Source: Acidobacteriota bacterium
GTDB taxonomy: Bacteria > Acidobacteriota > CAIWXX01
DNA length: 64,000 bases
Assembly (NCBI GenBank): GCA_040755995.1
Contig: JBFMAF010000031.1
Coordinates: forward strand, 83,108 to 147,107
Reading direction: 5' to 3'
The translations under genes were made by a program, and so were the position numbers. Under the pieces are notes generated by a model, which saw nothing but the letters and a program-made list of their open reading frames with translations, was not told the origin of the DNA and did no database searches. Each line of letters begins with the position of its first letter. Positions within the stretch are counted from its first letter, which is position 1. Of the stretch, positions 12,057 to 20,895 are shown piece after piece.

Positions 12057-12530
12057 TCACTCCTCCAGGAGCTCCTCCGGCGTGCAAATGACCGGAGGCC
12101 CGTATCCATGCCGGCGGCACGCTTCAACGATCCGCTGGCGACTGACGGCATTGGCAATATGCTTGAGATTCCAGGTGATGAGATAGTCGACGCCGTGAAC
12201 AGCAGCTATCGCTACATGGATGGCTTCCGCCGCGAATTCAGATGGGATAGTGTGATCGTCGACCAGGGCCTGCGCGAGAGTGACGACATCGGATGTAGTC
12301 TCCAGCATTGGGACCTGTTCGATGAGCTTGGCCCTCTCGCTCGCAGCCTGTTGGTCCCCATCGCGCGCCTCCTCCACCACGAGTTGAGAAATGAGCAGGT
12401 CATGGTGCTCTCGACGGCTATCCCACCATTCGTTCGTGATCCGCTGATGGGCTGCGACTAGCAGGTCACGGCTGGGCCGGGCCGCCCGGTAGCTTATCAC
12501 AGTGGTTTCAATGTAGGCTTTGGGTTTCAT
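12057..12530 (-). CDS. PIN-domain (VapC-like) protein
   Basis: YIETTVISY, SQLVVEE, EAIHVAIA, DYLITWNLKHIAN, ICTPEEL; extended -10 (TGaTATACT) 8 nt before the ATG, so probably leaderless. Confidence 0.9.
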   Translation of the reverse strand: MKPKAYIETTVISYRAARPSRDLLVAAHQRITNEWWDSRREHHDLLISQLVVEEARDGDQQAASERAKLIEQVPMLETTSDVVTLAQALVDDHTIPSEFAAEAIHVAIAAVHGVDYLITWNLKHIANAVSRQRIVEACRRHGYGPPVICTPEELLEE

Positions 12531-12663
12531 ACGCTAGCAGTATATCACTGCAGGGCCGTCGATTCAGAGCACAACGGGAGGCCGGGGCCGGAGGCCGGCG
12601 TTCCCCGCATAGCGCAAGCATGCAGCGGGAATGGGAGGCGCCCCTGTTGCGGCGACCGCAGCC

Positions 12664-15600
12664 CTACGGGCCGGCGTGTCTTTTCAGCGGCAGCGGCCGG
12701 GCGGCGTCGGTGACGGCGTCGATCTTCACCGCATAGCTCGTCTTCTGCGCGATGTCTTCATCCCTGACGATGTGAATGTCGAGGAGGCCGCCGGTGCGGT
12801 ACCCTGTTCTGATGTGGTTCATCTCGTCGAGGCAGAGACTCCACCCGTCGAACCAGATCGTGAGCTCGCGCAGCTGCTGTTCGGTTCCGCCGAAGTGGAC
12901 GAGCAGATCTATGTCGCTCTGCGGGCCCGCCGTCGCGTTCTTGGTGCTCCCGATCAGATACAGCCCCTTGACGCCGAAGCGCTCGGGATCGAGCTGGGAG
13001 GCGATGTGTTCCGCCATCTTGAGGCGCCACGCCCAGAAGTTTTCCGGCTGCCTGTCCGCGTTCTCTCTCAGGGTCGCGGGGCTTTCGAGGCGCGACGGCT
13101 CGCGGACGAGGTATCCGACTGCCTCATCGAGATCCGCGTTCATGAGCACGCGCAGCAGATGACCCTCCGAGCTCTTCGGTACATCGATCACCTTGACAAC
13201 CTGCGCGAGGTGAGCGAACTCGGGGAGGAGCTCCGGCAGCACGTTGGTTGCACGCTGGAAGAACGCGTCGTTGAAGACGACTCCAGTGTCATCCGGGTAG
13301 AGCGGCAGGTAGCGAATCCGGGCCTCGACCAGGTCCTGGAAGAAGTGCGTGCCGAAGGACAGATCCGGAATGTAGTTGCCCTTCTGGCGCGCCACCTCGA
13401 TCAGGATCGCCGTGTTCGTGATGTCGGCGTAGGAGACCTTGACGCCGAGCTTGATGTCGCCACGGCTGCCCCATCTGCCCGGACCCATCAGGATGAAACG
13501 GCGGCTCGGAAGCAGCTTGTTGAGCTTGCCGATAGCCCGCGCGACTGAAAGCAGGTCGGCCCGGTCGGCCAGTTGATCGTAGCTCTGGGGGTCGACATAG
13601 ACAATGTGACTGATATCGGGAATACGCCCATTCGAAACGTACCGGCTCGCGGTGAATACGATCTTCTCCTTCGGGATGTCGTGAGGGATCGGCGCCGGCG
13701 CGGAATCCTCGAGGTAGCTCTGGGGGCGGCATTGCAAGAGGTAAAAGGCGCTTCCGTCGGAAGCGAATTCGATGTCCACGGGCGTCCCAAGCTGCTTCTC
13801 GAGCAGCTCCAGAAGTGCCTTGATCTTGGCCACGAACGGGGTTCCGGTGACAAGTCCTTCGAATGTCACCACCAGGTCTTCATTCTCGAAATCGATACCT
13901 GTCGGAAGAGGCTTGCGCATGTGGTAGCCGTCGAAGACGGATACGATCTTGTCGACCGCCGGGTACTTCTCACCATACCTTCTCAGCAGATCCCTGACTT
14001 CGATAGTCTCGAACCGGTTGGTTCTGAGATTGATCACGTCGATTCTCTTCGGAGCGTAACGCGCGACCTCATCGGGAGTCACATTGACCCGGAAGCCTAT
14101 CTGTCCGGGGGCGAGCAACACCGGGAAGTCATCGCTCACTCTGTCGACCGCCCTGGTGCCCAACCCCGGGACGAGTCTCAGGAGCCCGTCCTGCTGGCGG
14201 ATTCGAGGGGACCACCGGAACTCGTTTCGGCTGAAGGCGACGCCGGCGTAGGCAGGCATGAAGTAATCGCCGATGCGCGAGCCGACGACTTCCTGAACCA
14301 TGATCCCCATCTCTTCGGCGAAATCGACGAGTCCGCGTTCGTGCCTGTAGCTGATCGGGTCGGGGCCGAACGTGGACGCGTAGACCTCCGCGATGGCGTC
14401 GATCAGCGCATCGAGCCGTTCCTGTTTGCTCCCCTGGTTCGCCAGGAAGAGACTCTTGTATTTCCCCGAGAAGGACGACCCCATGCGGTCCTCGAGCAGA
14501 CTGGAGCTCCGTACGATGAGAGGCAGATCCTTGAACTCGTCGAGGACCATGGAGAGCCCCTGGACCAGCTCGGTGGGCAGCGGACTGTTCTTGAATGACT
14601 GCACGATGTGCGGATACTCCAGCCGCACCTGGTGGATGTCCTTGTACTTCTGCTCGACCACCTCATTCAGGTTGTTGTAGGTGAGGAAATTGAGCAGCTC
14701 GTCGGTGGCGATGTACCATGTCCGCGGCACCTTGATGTCCGCCAGGTGCGAATGCTCGCCGGAGGCACTCTCGACGACCCGCTGCGCCAGGAACAGGCCG
14801 CTCCCCTTGCCCCCAAGCCTGCCCTGGCTCTCCGGCGAGAAGACCAGGTGATTGAGGATCTCGTAGAAATCCTCGATCTCGATGAACTCCTTCGCCGTTC
14901 GCAGATACTGGGGCTGGCTCGACAGAAACCGCCGGATCAGCGACACCTGGACCCCCCGCCTGCTCGGCGGCGGAAGCTCCACACCCTCCGATGCGATGAG
15001 ACGATAGCGCCGCAGTGCCTCGATGATGCGGACCAGAGGGAGGTTCTTGTTAATGACCTGGACGAGGAAGCTCAGCCGGTCTTCCTGTATCCAGCTCTGT
15101 ATGTTGGAAAGTATCTGCTCCTCGGAAAGATGCTTCGCCGCGATGCGGAAAACCTCGTCGCTCAGCCTCTCCGTGAACGGCTGCGGGCTTTTCTGGTACG
15201 GCCGGTTGTCTTCCAACACAAGGCTCTCGTCGCGTGGGCCGGAGCCCGACGTGGACCTCTGCAGCAGCGTCTCGGCCTCCTCGGTCCCGCTCCAGCAGAG
15301 GAAGTTCAGCATGCGCCGGGATATGTTGAGGAAGAGGTTGCGGTCCGTCTGGCGCAACAGGTTCAGCGCTACACGCCACTCTTCGATTCTATGCTCCGCG
15401 ACTCCGCTCCTCGCCGTCTGGAACACATGCTTCATGCGGTGGTACATGATGTAGTGGCCGAGCCGGTCCGCGATGGTATTCAGAAGCTTGGTTTCTTCCT
15501 TCAGGAACGGCCCGTGGTCGGCCTTCGGCATCTCTCTGGTGTAGTACACGCTTATTCGACCGACGGCCTTCTCCTGCAGCGTGACATCCGCGTATTGGAC

Positions 15601-15843
15601 CCACGGCGTTTCCTGGAAGCCCGGGGATGCGTGCGAGTACTCCTCGATTTCGACTCTGGCCACACAGACGTCAGGGTACTGCCATCCGGGTGGAATCGCA
15701 TCTACTGTGCCGGCGCAGATCTCACCGAAGTCGGCGTCGGGTTTGCTGAGGAGCTCCTCGATCCTGTACAGACAGTTGAGCTCCTTGGCCCTCTCCGAGA
15801 GGAACCAGATCAGCTCCTTTGTCGTCTTCTCCTGGCTAGTCAT
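12664..15843 (-). CDS. Multidomain protein: GAF-like N-terminus + PPDK/PEP-synthase nucleotide-binding (ATP-grasp) domain + His-containing domain + Pol-beta-type nucleotidyltransferase
   Basis: ERAKELNCLY...IPPGWQYP; GGKGSGL, VRSSSLLED, FSGKYKS, VQEVVG, PGLG, DIEFA, LLQCRP; GPGRWGS, SFGTHFF; LIGSTKNATAGPQSDIDLLV...LDIH. Start MTSQEK at 15843 overlaps the upstream stop. Confidence 0.9.
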   Translation of the reverse strand: MTSQEKTTKELIWFLSERAKELNCLYRIEELLSKPDADFGEICAGTVDAIPPGWQYPDVCVARVEIEEYSHASPGFQETPWVQYADVTLQEKAVGRISVYYTREMPKADHGPFLKEETKLLNTIADRLGHYIMYHRMKHVFQTARSGVAEHRIEEWRVALNLLRQTDRNLFLNISRRMLNFLCWSGTEEAETLLQRSTSGSGPRDESLVLEDNRPYQKSPQPFTERLSDEVFRIAAKHLSEEQILSNIQSWIQEDRLSFLVQVINKNLPLVRIIEALRRYRLIASEGVELPPPSRRGVQVSLIRRFLSSQPQYLRTAKEFIEIEDFYEILNHLVFSPESQGRLGGKGSGLFLAQRVVESASGEHSHLADIKVPRTWYIATDELLNFLTYNNLNEVVEQKYKDIHQVRLEYPHIVQSFKNSPLPTELVQGLSMVLDEFKDLPLIVRSSSLLEDRMGSSFSGKYKSLFLANQGSKQERLDALIDAIAEVYASTFGPDPISYRHERGLVDFAEEMGIMVQEVVGSRIGDYFMPAYAGVAFSRNEFRWSPRIRQQDGLLRLVPGLGTRAVDRVSDDFPVLLAPGQIGFRVNVTPDEVARYAPKRIDVINLRTNRFETIEVRDLLRRYGEKYPAVDKIVSVFDGYHMRKPLPTGIDFENEDLVVTFEGLVTGTPFVAKIKALLELLEKQLGTPVDIEFASDGSAFYLLQCRPQSYLEDSAPAPIPHDIPKEKIVFTASRYVSNGRIPDISHIVYVDPQSYDQLADRADLLSVARAIGKLNKLLPSRRFILMGPGRWGSRGDIKLGVKVSYADITNTAILIEVARQKGNYIPDLSFGTHFFQDLVEARIRYLPLYPDDTGVVFNDAFFQRATNVLPELLPEFAHLAQVVKVIDVPKSSEGHLLRVLMNADLDEAVGYLVREPSRLESPATLRENADRQPENFWAWRLKMAEHIASQLDPERFGVKGLYLIGSTKNATAGPQSDIDLLVHFGGTEQQLRELTIWFDGWSLCLDEMNHIRTGYRTGGLLDIHIVRDEDIAQKTSYAVKIDAVTDAARPLPLKRHAGP

Positions 15844-17596
15844 GGGTGATGACTCCAAATCCTCTCCGCCCGTCGACCCGCACTTCCAGCGGCGACGGCA
15901 AGCGCACATGGCATGTCCATCCAGTCTCCTCCACAACCTCTTGCCGGCGCAGCCATTCCCAATCGATCCGGTATTGGCCCTCATGCGGAACGGAGAAATA
16001 CAGGACCTGGAAGCTGGTGATATTGTGGAAGAAATGCGAGCCCTGGCTGAGCAGGAAGTTCATCTGCGGCAGCATCGACTCGACTATCACCTTGGCTCCC
16101 GAGATCTGTCCGAAATTGACCGGTATCCCGGCCGACGGGTCGGAGGTCCCCCAGCGCCCGAAACCGATGAGTACGTACGGCGCGCGTGCCGAGATGAGTC
16201 GTCGATTCATGACCTCCAGCTCTTCGGCTATCTCGTGGGTCGCTCCCGGTACGAACGACTCCGGTTTCACGTAGATGACGTCGCGGATGGTGTCGATCCT
16301 GCCGTTTCCCATCGCAGACTGTGATGCGACCAGCGCGCGGCTTCCCGAGAGCTCGTCCGCCGTCACGTCCACTGTGCCCTGCGACACCACCATCGGGCGG
16401 ACCTGGAGGAATCCGAACCTGGCCGGCGTCCCGCGGTCGTTGTCCAGCGTCACCGCGAACTCGATCTCGACCATGCTGCCGAGGGTTTCTCCGCAGGAGC
16501 GCAGGAGAGCCTTGAGCAGCTCGTTCAAGGGGATCTCATCCAGCTTCAGGATCGGCGCGAAGTTGACCAGCCTGGCGCCACGCTCGGCAATGCCGATCAC
16601 CAGCCGCTCGTCGTGCGGCCTGTAGGTCGACGCAATAAACGTCAAGCTCCCATCCTGCTCGGCATCATCGAGATGATACCTCATCATGTACTCGACTTCC
16701 TTGACGGGATCGTACACGGGGGGCGGGCCCATGTTGATCCCCCAGAAGTCCCTCTGGCTCTGCTCGAGAAGTTCGTCCAGGGTGTTGTACGGAGGGTTCG
16801 ACTGCGGGTAGGCGGGGGAGTACGTCCACGCCGTCCCGTCGTCAACGATCATCTTGCCGAGGCCCAGCGCAAGGTCGATGACCCCGTCTTCCGGCTTCGC
16901 GTGCCCGAGCGGGTAGAAGTTGTAGCTCCGCGCGACCCCGGAGATGTGCGGATAGAAGCGTTCCTCATGCCGGCACCCGACGACCTCCTGGACGATCACA
17001 GCCATCTTGTCGCCCGTATCTCCGTGCCTGGTCGCCTGTAGGTAGTTCCGGGCGCCTTTGAAGTACGTAGACGCGTACACGTACTTGACCGCCTCTATCA
17101 ACCGGCGGAAACGAATATCCGTGTCGTGCTGGTTGTTCGGGATCATCTTGGTCTTGTAGACGCTTGCGAAGGGCTCGAACATGGCGTCTTCGAGCATGCT
17201 GGATGAGCGGACCGCGAGCGGAGTGTGGACCTGCGCGATCAGAGCGCGGAGATCACCAACTAGCTGCGCGGGAAGGGCGGCTCTCTGGAATGCGAGCGCC
17301 TTCTGGTCGTCGCGCAGATCCGAGCCCGCAACATCGAAGAGATCGTTTTGCTTCATGAAGAGATCGAAGAAATCGGTGCCGATGACCGTGAGGGTAGGGA
17401 TGTTGACGATCATCCGAGGCTCGAACAGCGGCGCGATTCGCTTCTCCAACAGATCCTTCATCCTCGCCAGCCCCTGCGCCTTGCCCCCGATCGAACCGCC
17501 GCCGATGCGCGTGAACCTCTCCCGCCCAGTGAAGAACTGCCGATCAAAGGCCTGAAGCGTAGGGCTCTGACTGACGATTCTATTTCCGCCGTTCAT
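15836..17596 (-). CDS. PPDK/PEP-synthase N-terminal (ATP-grasp) domain protein lacking the PEP/pyruvate-binding barrel
   Basis: IGGKAQGL, AVRSSSMLED, VQEVVG, GVARS, LGLG, EIEFA, LQVRP; GFGRWGTSD, SQGSHFFHN. Confidence 0.9.
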   Translation of the reverse strand: MNGGNRIVSQSPTLQAFDRQFFTGRERFTRIGGGSIGGKAQGLARMKDLLEKRIAPLFEPRMIVNIPTLTVIGTDFFDLFMKQNDLFDVAGSDLRDDQKALAFQRAALPAQLVGDLRALIAQVHTPLAVRSSSMLEDAMFEPFASVYKTKMIPNNQHDTDIRFRRLIEAVKYVYASTYFKGARNYLQATRHGDTGDKMAVIVQEVVGCRHEERFYPHISGVARSYNFYPLGHAKPEDGVIDLALGLGKMIVDDGTAWTYSPAYPQSNPPYNTLDELLEQSQRDFWGINMGPPPVYDPVKEVEYMMRYHLDDAEQDGSLTFIASTYRPHDERLVIGIAERGARLVNFAPILKLDEIPLNELLKALLRSCGETLGSMVEIEFAVTLDNDRGTPARFGFLQVRPMVVSQGTVDVTADELSGSRALVASQSAMGNGRIDTIRDVIYVKPESFVPGATHEIAEELEVMNRRLISARAPYVLIGFGRWGTSDPSAGIPVNFGQISGAKVIVESMLPQMNFLLSQGSHFFHNITSFQVLYFSVPHEGQYRIDWEWLRRQEVVEETGWTCHVRLPSPLEVRVDGRRGFGVITHD

Positions 17597-17638
17597 GGTG
17601 AATCGTCCGACTCCGCTTCGGACTCTCCTGGAAAACCC

Positions 17639-17736
17639 CCGTCAGTTCGCATGTCTGATTCCGCACTCCGCACTCCGCATTCGGCAAGCCACCGTCAGGT
17701 CGCAGGTCTGATTCCGCACTCCGCATTCCGCATTCG
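17639..17736. repeat. Two 45-bp direct repeats (period 53) containing TCCGCA(C/T) heptamers
   Basis: CCGTCAG(T/G)TCGCA(T/G)GTCTGATTCCGCACTCCGCA(C/T)TCCGCATTCG at 17639-17683 and 17692-17736, 3 mismatches. Confidence 0.9.
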
Positions 17737-17738
17737 CC

Positions 17739-19025
17739 TCACACCCACCCTCGCTCGCGACATGCCTGGGCGACACGGGAAACGGCGATAACATTGGCTG
17801 CGTCCCGCATGTACAGGCCCTTCTTCTTTGCCAGCTCACGGACCGCATGAAAGGCCGACGTTATCTTCAGATCGAGCTTGCCGAACACTTCATCCTGTTC
17901 CCAGAAGTAGTTCGCGTTGCCCTGCACCTGCTCGAAGTAGCTGCAGATGACGCCGCCGGAATTGGCGAGGATGTCCGGGATCAGGAACAGACCCCGATCG
18001 TGGATGACTCGATCGGCCTCGGGAGTAGTCGGGCCGTTGGCCCCCTCGATGATCAACTTCACCCTGCTGGACATGCGTCCCACGTTGTCAGCGGTGATCT
18101 GCTGCTCGATGGCCGCAGGAATGAGAATGTCGGCGTCCTGTTCGATCCATTGCTCCCCCGCCAGCACTTCGTAGCCCAGACCAGCCGCTTTCGCCCTGTC
18201 GATGCCGCCGAAGCGGTCGGTGATACCGGCCAGCTCGTCGTAGTCGATTCCTTCGGGCTTCCGGAACGCGTATGAGGTCTGGTCGCTCTGGTCCCAGCAA
18301 GAAACGCAGACCACCTTGCCCCCGATCTGCTGGTAGAGACGAACGGCGTGCTGGGCGACGTGACCGAATCCCTGAACGCTAGCCGCCGTCGACTCGGGGG
18401 CAAGGCCGAGCTCCTTGAGGGCCTCGCGCGCGGCGAAGACGACGCCGAAGCCAGCGGCTTCGCGCCGCCCCTGCGACCCGCCGAGGCTCACGGGCTTACC
18501 CGTGATGAATCCGGGGCGCTTCTCGCCCTGAATCGTCTCGAACTCGTCGAGCATCCACAGCATGTACTGGGGACTGGTCATGAGATCTGGTGCCGCGACG
18601 TCGATGGAAGGGCCCAGATCCCTTGAAAGGCGACGCACCCATCCCCGGCAGACCCGCTCCTGCTCCCACAGCGACAGGTTATGCGGGTCGCAAACGACAC
18701 CGCCATTGCTGCCGCCCAAAGGAATGTCCACCAGCGCACATTCCCAGGTCATCCACATGGCCATGGCCCGGACGGTGTCGAGGGTCTCCTGCGGGTGGAA
18801 TCGGATACCGCCCTTGGCGGGGCCCCTTGAGTCGTTGTGGACAACGCGAAATCCCCTGAAGATTCGTGGGCGGCCGTCGTCCATGCGCACCGGGATCGTG
18901 AACTGGTGCTCTCGCACGGGAGTGCGGAGCATCTCGCGGGTCACCTCATCTAGTCCAAGCAAGTCCAGCGTCTTGTCGAGCTGCGATTGGGCCATGTCAA
19001 ATGGCGTGGATGTCCTGGCGGCCAT
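17739..19025 (-). CDS. Glu/Leu/Phe/Val dehydrogenase homologue with substituted active-site lysines (probable pseudoenzyme)
   Basis: GPAKGGIRFHP, ITGKP..LGGS.GR, VQGFG, EGANGPTT, IPDILANSGGV..SYFE present; MTWKC is MTWEC and GGGKGG is GGSNGG. Confidence 0.9.
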   Translation of the reverse strand: MAARTSTPFDMAQSQLDKTLDLLGLDEVTREMLRTPVREHQFTIPVRMDDGRPRIFRGFRVVHNDSRGPAKGGIRFHPQETLDTVRAMAMWMTWECALVDIPLGGSNGGVVCDPHNLSLWEQERVCRGWVRRLSRDLGPSIDVAAPDLMTSPQYMLWMLDEFETIQGEKRPGFITGKPVSLGGSQGRREAAGFGVVFAAREALKELGLAPESTAASVQGFGHVAQHAVRLYQQIGGKVVCVSCWDQSDQTSYAFRKPEGIDYDELAGITDRFGGIDRAKAAGLGYEVLAGEQWIEQDADILIPAAIEQQITADNVGRMSSRVKLIIEGANGPTTPEADRVIHDRGLFLIPDILANSGGVICSYFEQVQGNANYFWEQDEVFGKLDLKITSAFHAVRELAKKKGLYMRDAANVIAVSRVAQACRERGWV

Positions 19026-19095
19026 TCGTATTTTCCTTTCAAAGAATCTCGCGGGCGATCGACCGCTTTCGCGAACACGACCTGTCGTGTTCCAG

Positions 19096-19124
19096 ACGAT
19101 AGCGCCAGCCCCTGCAATTGTCAA
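19096..19124 (-). promoter_or_regulatory. Sigma70 promoter for the pseudo-GDH/PPDK-like operon
   Basis: Minus strand TTGACA-17-TATCGT, about 70 nt upstream of ATG 19025. Confidence 0.7.
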
Positions 19125-19290
19125 AGAAAAGATGGCCTCGGGAGTCTTGGTTTTTTATCAGAAGCCAAACGAAAACCAAATAATTTCCAAACAAAACTCG
19201 CGTATGTATGCGGATTGTCCTTATGAAGGGGCTTGCGCGCGTAGTGATTCGATCCACATTCCTCATTTACAAATCCTAAGGAGTGATTGC

Positions 19291-20652
19291 ATGAACAGTT
19301 TCGTCTCCGATTTCATGGCCGCGGTGAAAGCCAAGAACCCGGCCGAACCCGAGTTCCACCAGGCTGTATTCGAAGTCGTCAGCTCAGTGGCACTCGTGAT
19401 CGAGAAGAACCCCGAGTACCGCAAGGCGAAGATCATGGAACGCATCGCCGAGCCGGAGCGCGTGATCATGTTCCGCGTTCCCTGGATGGACGACGCCGGC
19501 GAGATCCATGTCAACCGTGGCTACCGCATCGAAATGAGCAGCGCCATCGGGCCGTACAAGGGCGGGCTGCGCTTCCACCCGACAGTGACGTTGGGCATCC
19601 TGAAGTTCCTGGCATACGAGCAGGTCTTCAAGAACAGCCTGACGGGACTCCCGATGGGTGGCGGAAAAGGAGGCTGCGATTTTGACCCTAAGGGCAAGAG
19701 CGACTACGAAGTGATGCGCCTCTGCCAGAGCTTCATGAATGAGCTCTTCAGACACATCGGGCCCGATACGGACGTGCCCGCGGGAGACATCGGCGTGGGA
19801 GGGCGAGAGATAGGGTACCTGTTCGGCCAGTACAAGAAGCTCCGCAACGAGTTCACCGGCGTCCTCACCGGCAAGGGCCTGGATTGGGGCGGCTCGCTAA
19901 TCCGCCCGGAAGCCACAGGCTACGGCGCCACCTACTTCGCAGCAGAGATGCTCGGCACGCGAAACCAGACTCTGCAGGGCAAGACCTGCCTCGTGTCCGG
20001 AAGCGGCAACGTCGCCCAATACACGGTCGAGAAGATCAACCAGCTCGGCGGAAGAGCTGTGACACTCTCTGATTCGAACGGCTATATCTACGATCCGGAG
20101 GGAATCGACGCCAAGAAGCTCGAGTTCGTCATGGATCTCAAGAACATCCGGCGCGGCAGAATCAAGGAGTATACCGACAAGTACAAGAGCGCCACGTTCA
20201 TCCCGCTGAAGCCGGGCCTGGACTACAACCCGCTCTGGGACCACAAGGCGGACTGTGCCTTCCCCAGCGCGACGCAGAACGAGATCAACGGGAAGGACGC
20301 CGAACACCTGGTCAAGAACGGCGTCTACGTCGTCGCCGAAGGCGCCAACATGCCGACGACACCTGAGGGCATCGAGGTTTTCCTGAATGCCAAGATCCTC
20401 TACGGGCCGGGCAAGGCCGCCAACGCCGGCGGTGTAGCCACCTCCGGTCTCGAAATGTCCCAGAACAGCCTGCGCCTGAGCTGGACTCGCGAAGAGGTTG
20501 ACAGCCGGTTGCACCAGATAATGAAGAACATCCACAAGACCTGTGTGGAGGCCGCCGCCGCCTATGGCACGCCAGGCAACTACGTCAACGGGGCCAACAT
20601 CGGTGGGTTCCTCAAGGTCGCCAGGGCCATGATGGACCAGGGCCTCGTCTAG
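19291..20652 (+). CDS. gdhA: NADP-specific-type glutamate dehydrogenase
   Basis: EPEFHQAV, GPYKGGLRFHP, EQVFKNSLT, MGGGKGG, DVPAGDIGVG, RPEATGYG, GSGNVA, EGANMP, KAANAGGV; AAGGAG RBS. True start is 19291, not 18562. Confidence 0.97.
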   Translation: MNSFVSDFMAAVKAKNPAEPEFHQAVFEVVSSVALVIEKNPEYRKAKIMERIAEPERVIMFRVPWMDDAGEIHVNRGYRIEMSSAIGPYKGGLRFHPTVTLGILKFLAYEQVFKNSLTGLPMGGGKGGCDFDPKGKSDYEVMRLCQSFMNELFRHIGPDTDVPAGDIGVGGREIGYLFGQYKKLRNEFTGVLTGKGLDWGGSLIRPEATGYGATYFAAEMLGTRNQTLQGKTCLVSGSGNVAQYTVEKINQLGGRAVTLSDSNGYIYDPEGIDAKKLEFVMDLKNIRRGRIKEYTDKYKSATFIPLKPGLDYNPLWDHKADCAFPSATQNEINGKDAEHLVKNGVYVVAEGANMPTTPEGIEVFLNAKILYGPGKAANAGGVATSGLEMSQNSLRLSWTREEVDSRLHQIMKNIHKTCVEAAAAYGTPGNYVNGANIGGFLKVARAMMDQGLV

Positions 20653-20895
20653 GACCGAGACGCGATCGTAGTCACCTGGGCCTCTCGCGGCGCCCCGGAA
20701 CCGGCGCGCTGCGAGAGGCCCTTTCTCTTGACGCGGGGACTAACTCCTGGATACTCCCGCCCTGGCCCCGGCACGTTCGATTGCGCCGGCGCTGACCCGA
20801 GCTCGGGGATGATGCGTCCCACGCTTGAGAACACACCTGCATTCGGCGTACAATCGACGCCTGAACTCGATGAGGATTGAGAAAGGAGAAAAGGA

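Noticed and set aside
12664..17596. Annotation as PEP synthase (ppsA) or pyruvate phosphate dikinase
   Set aside because: No C-terminal PEP/pyruvate TIM barrel and no canonical GGxTSHAA motif
17639..17736. Possible mini-CRISPR array
   Set aside because: Only two units, 8-bp spacer, internal heptamer periodicity, no cas genes
18562..19290. Apparent 243-aa N-terminal extension of GdhA
   Set aside because: Overlaps the divergent pseudo-GDH and its promoter; RBS and homology start at 19291
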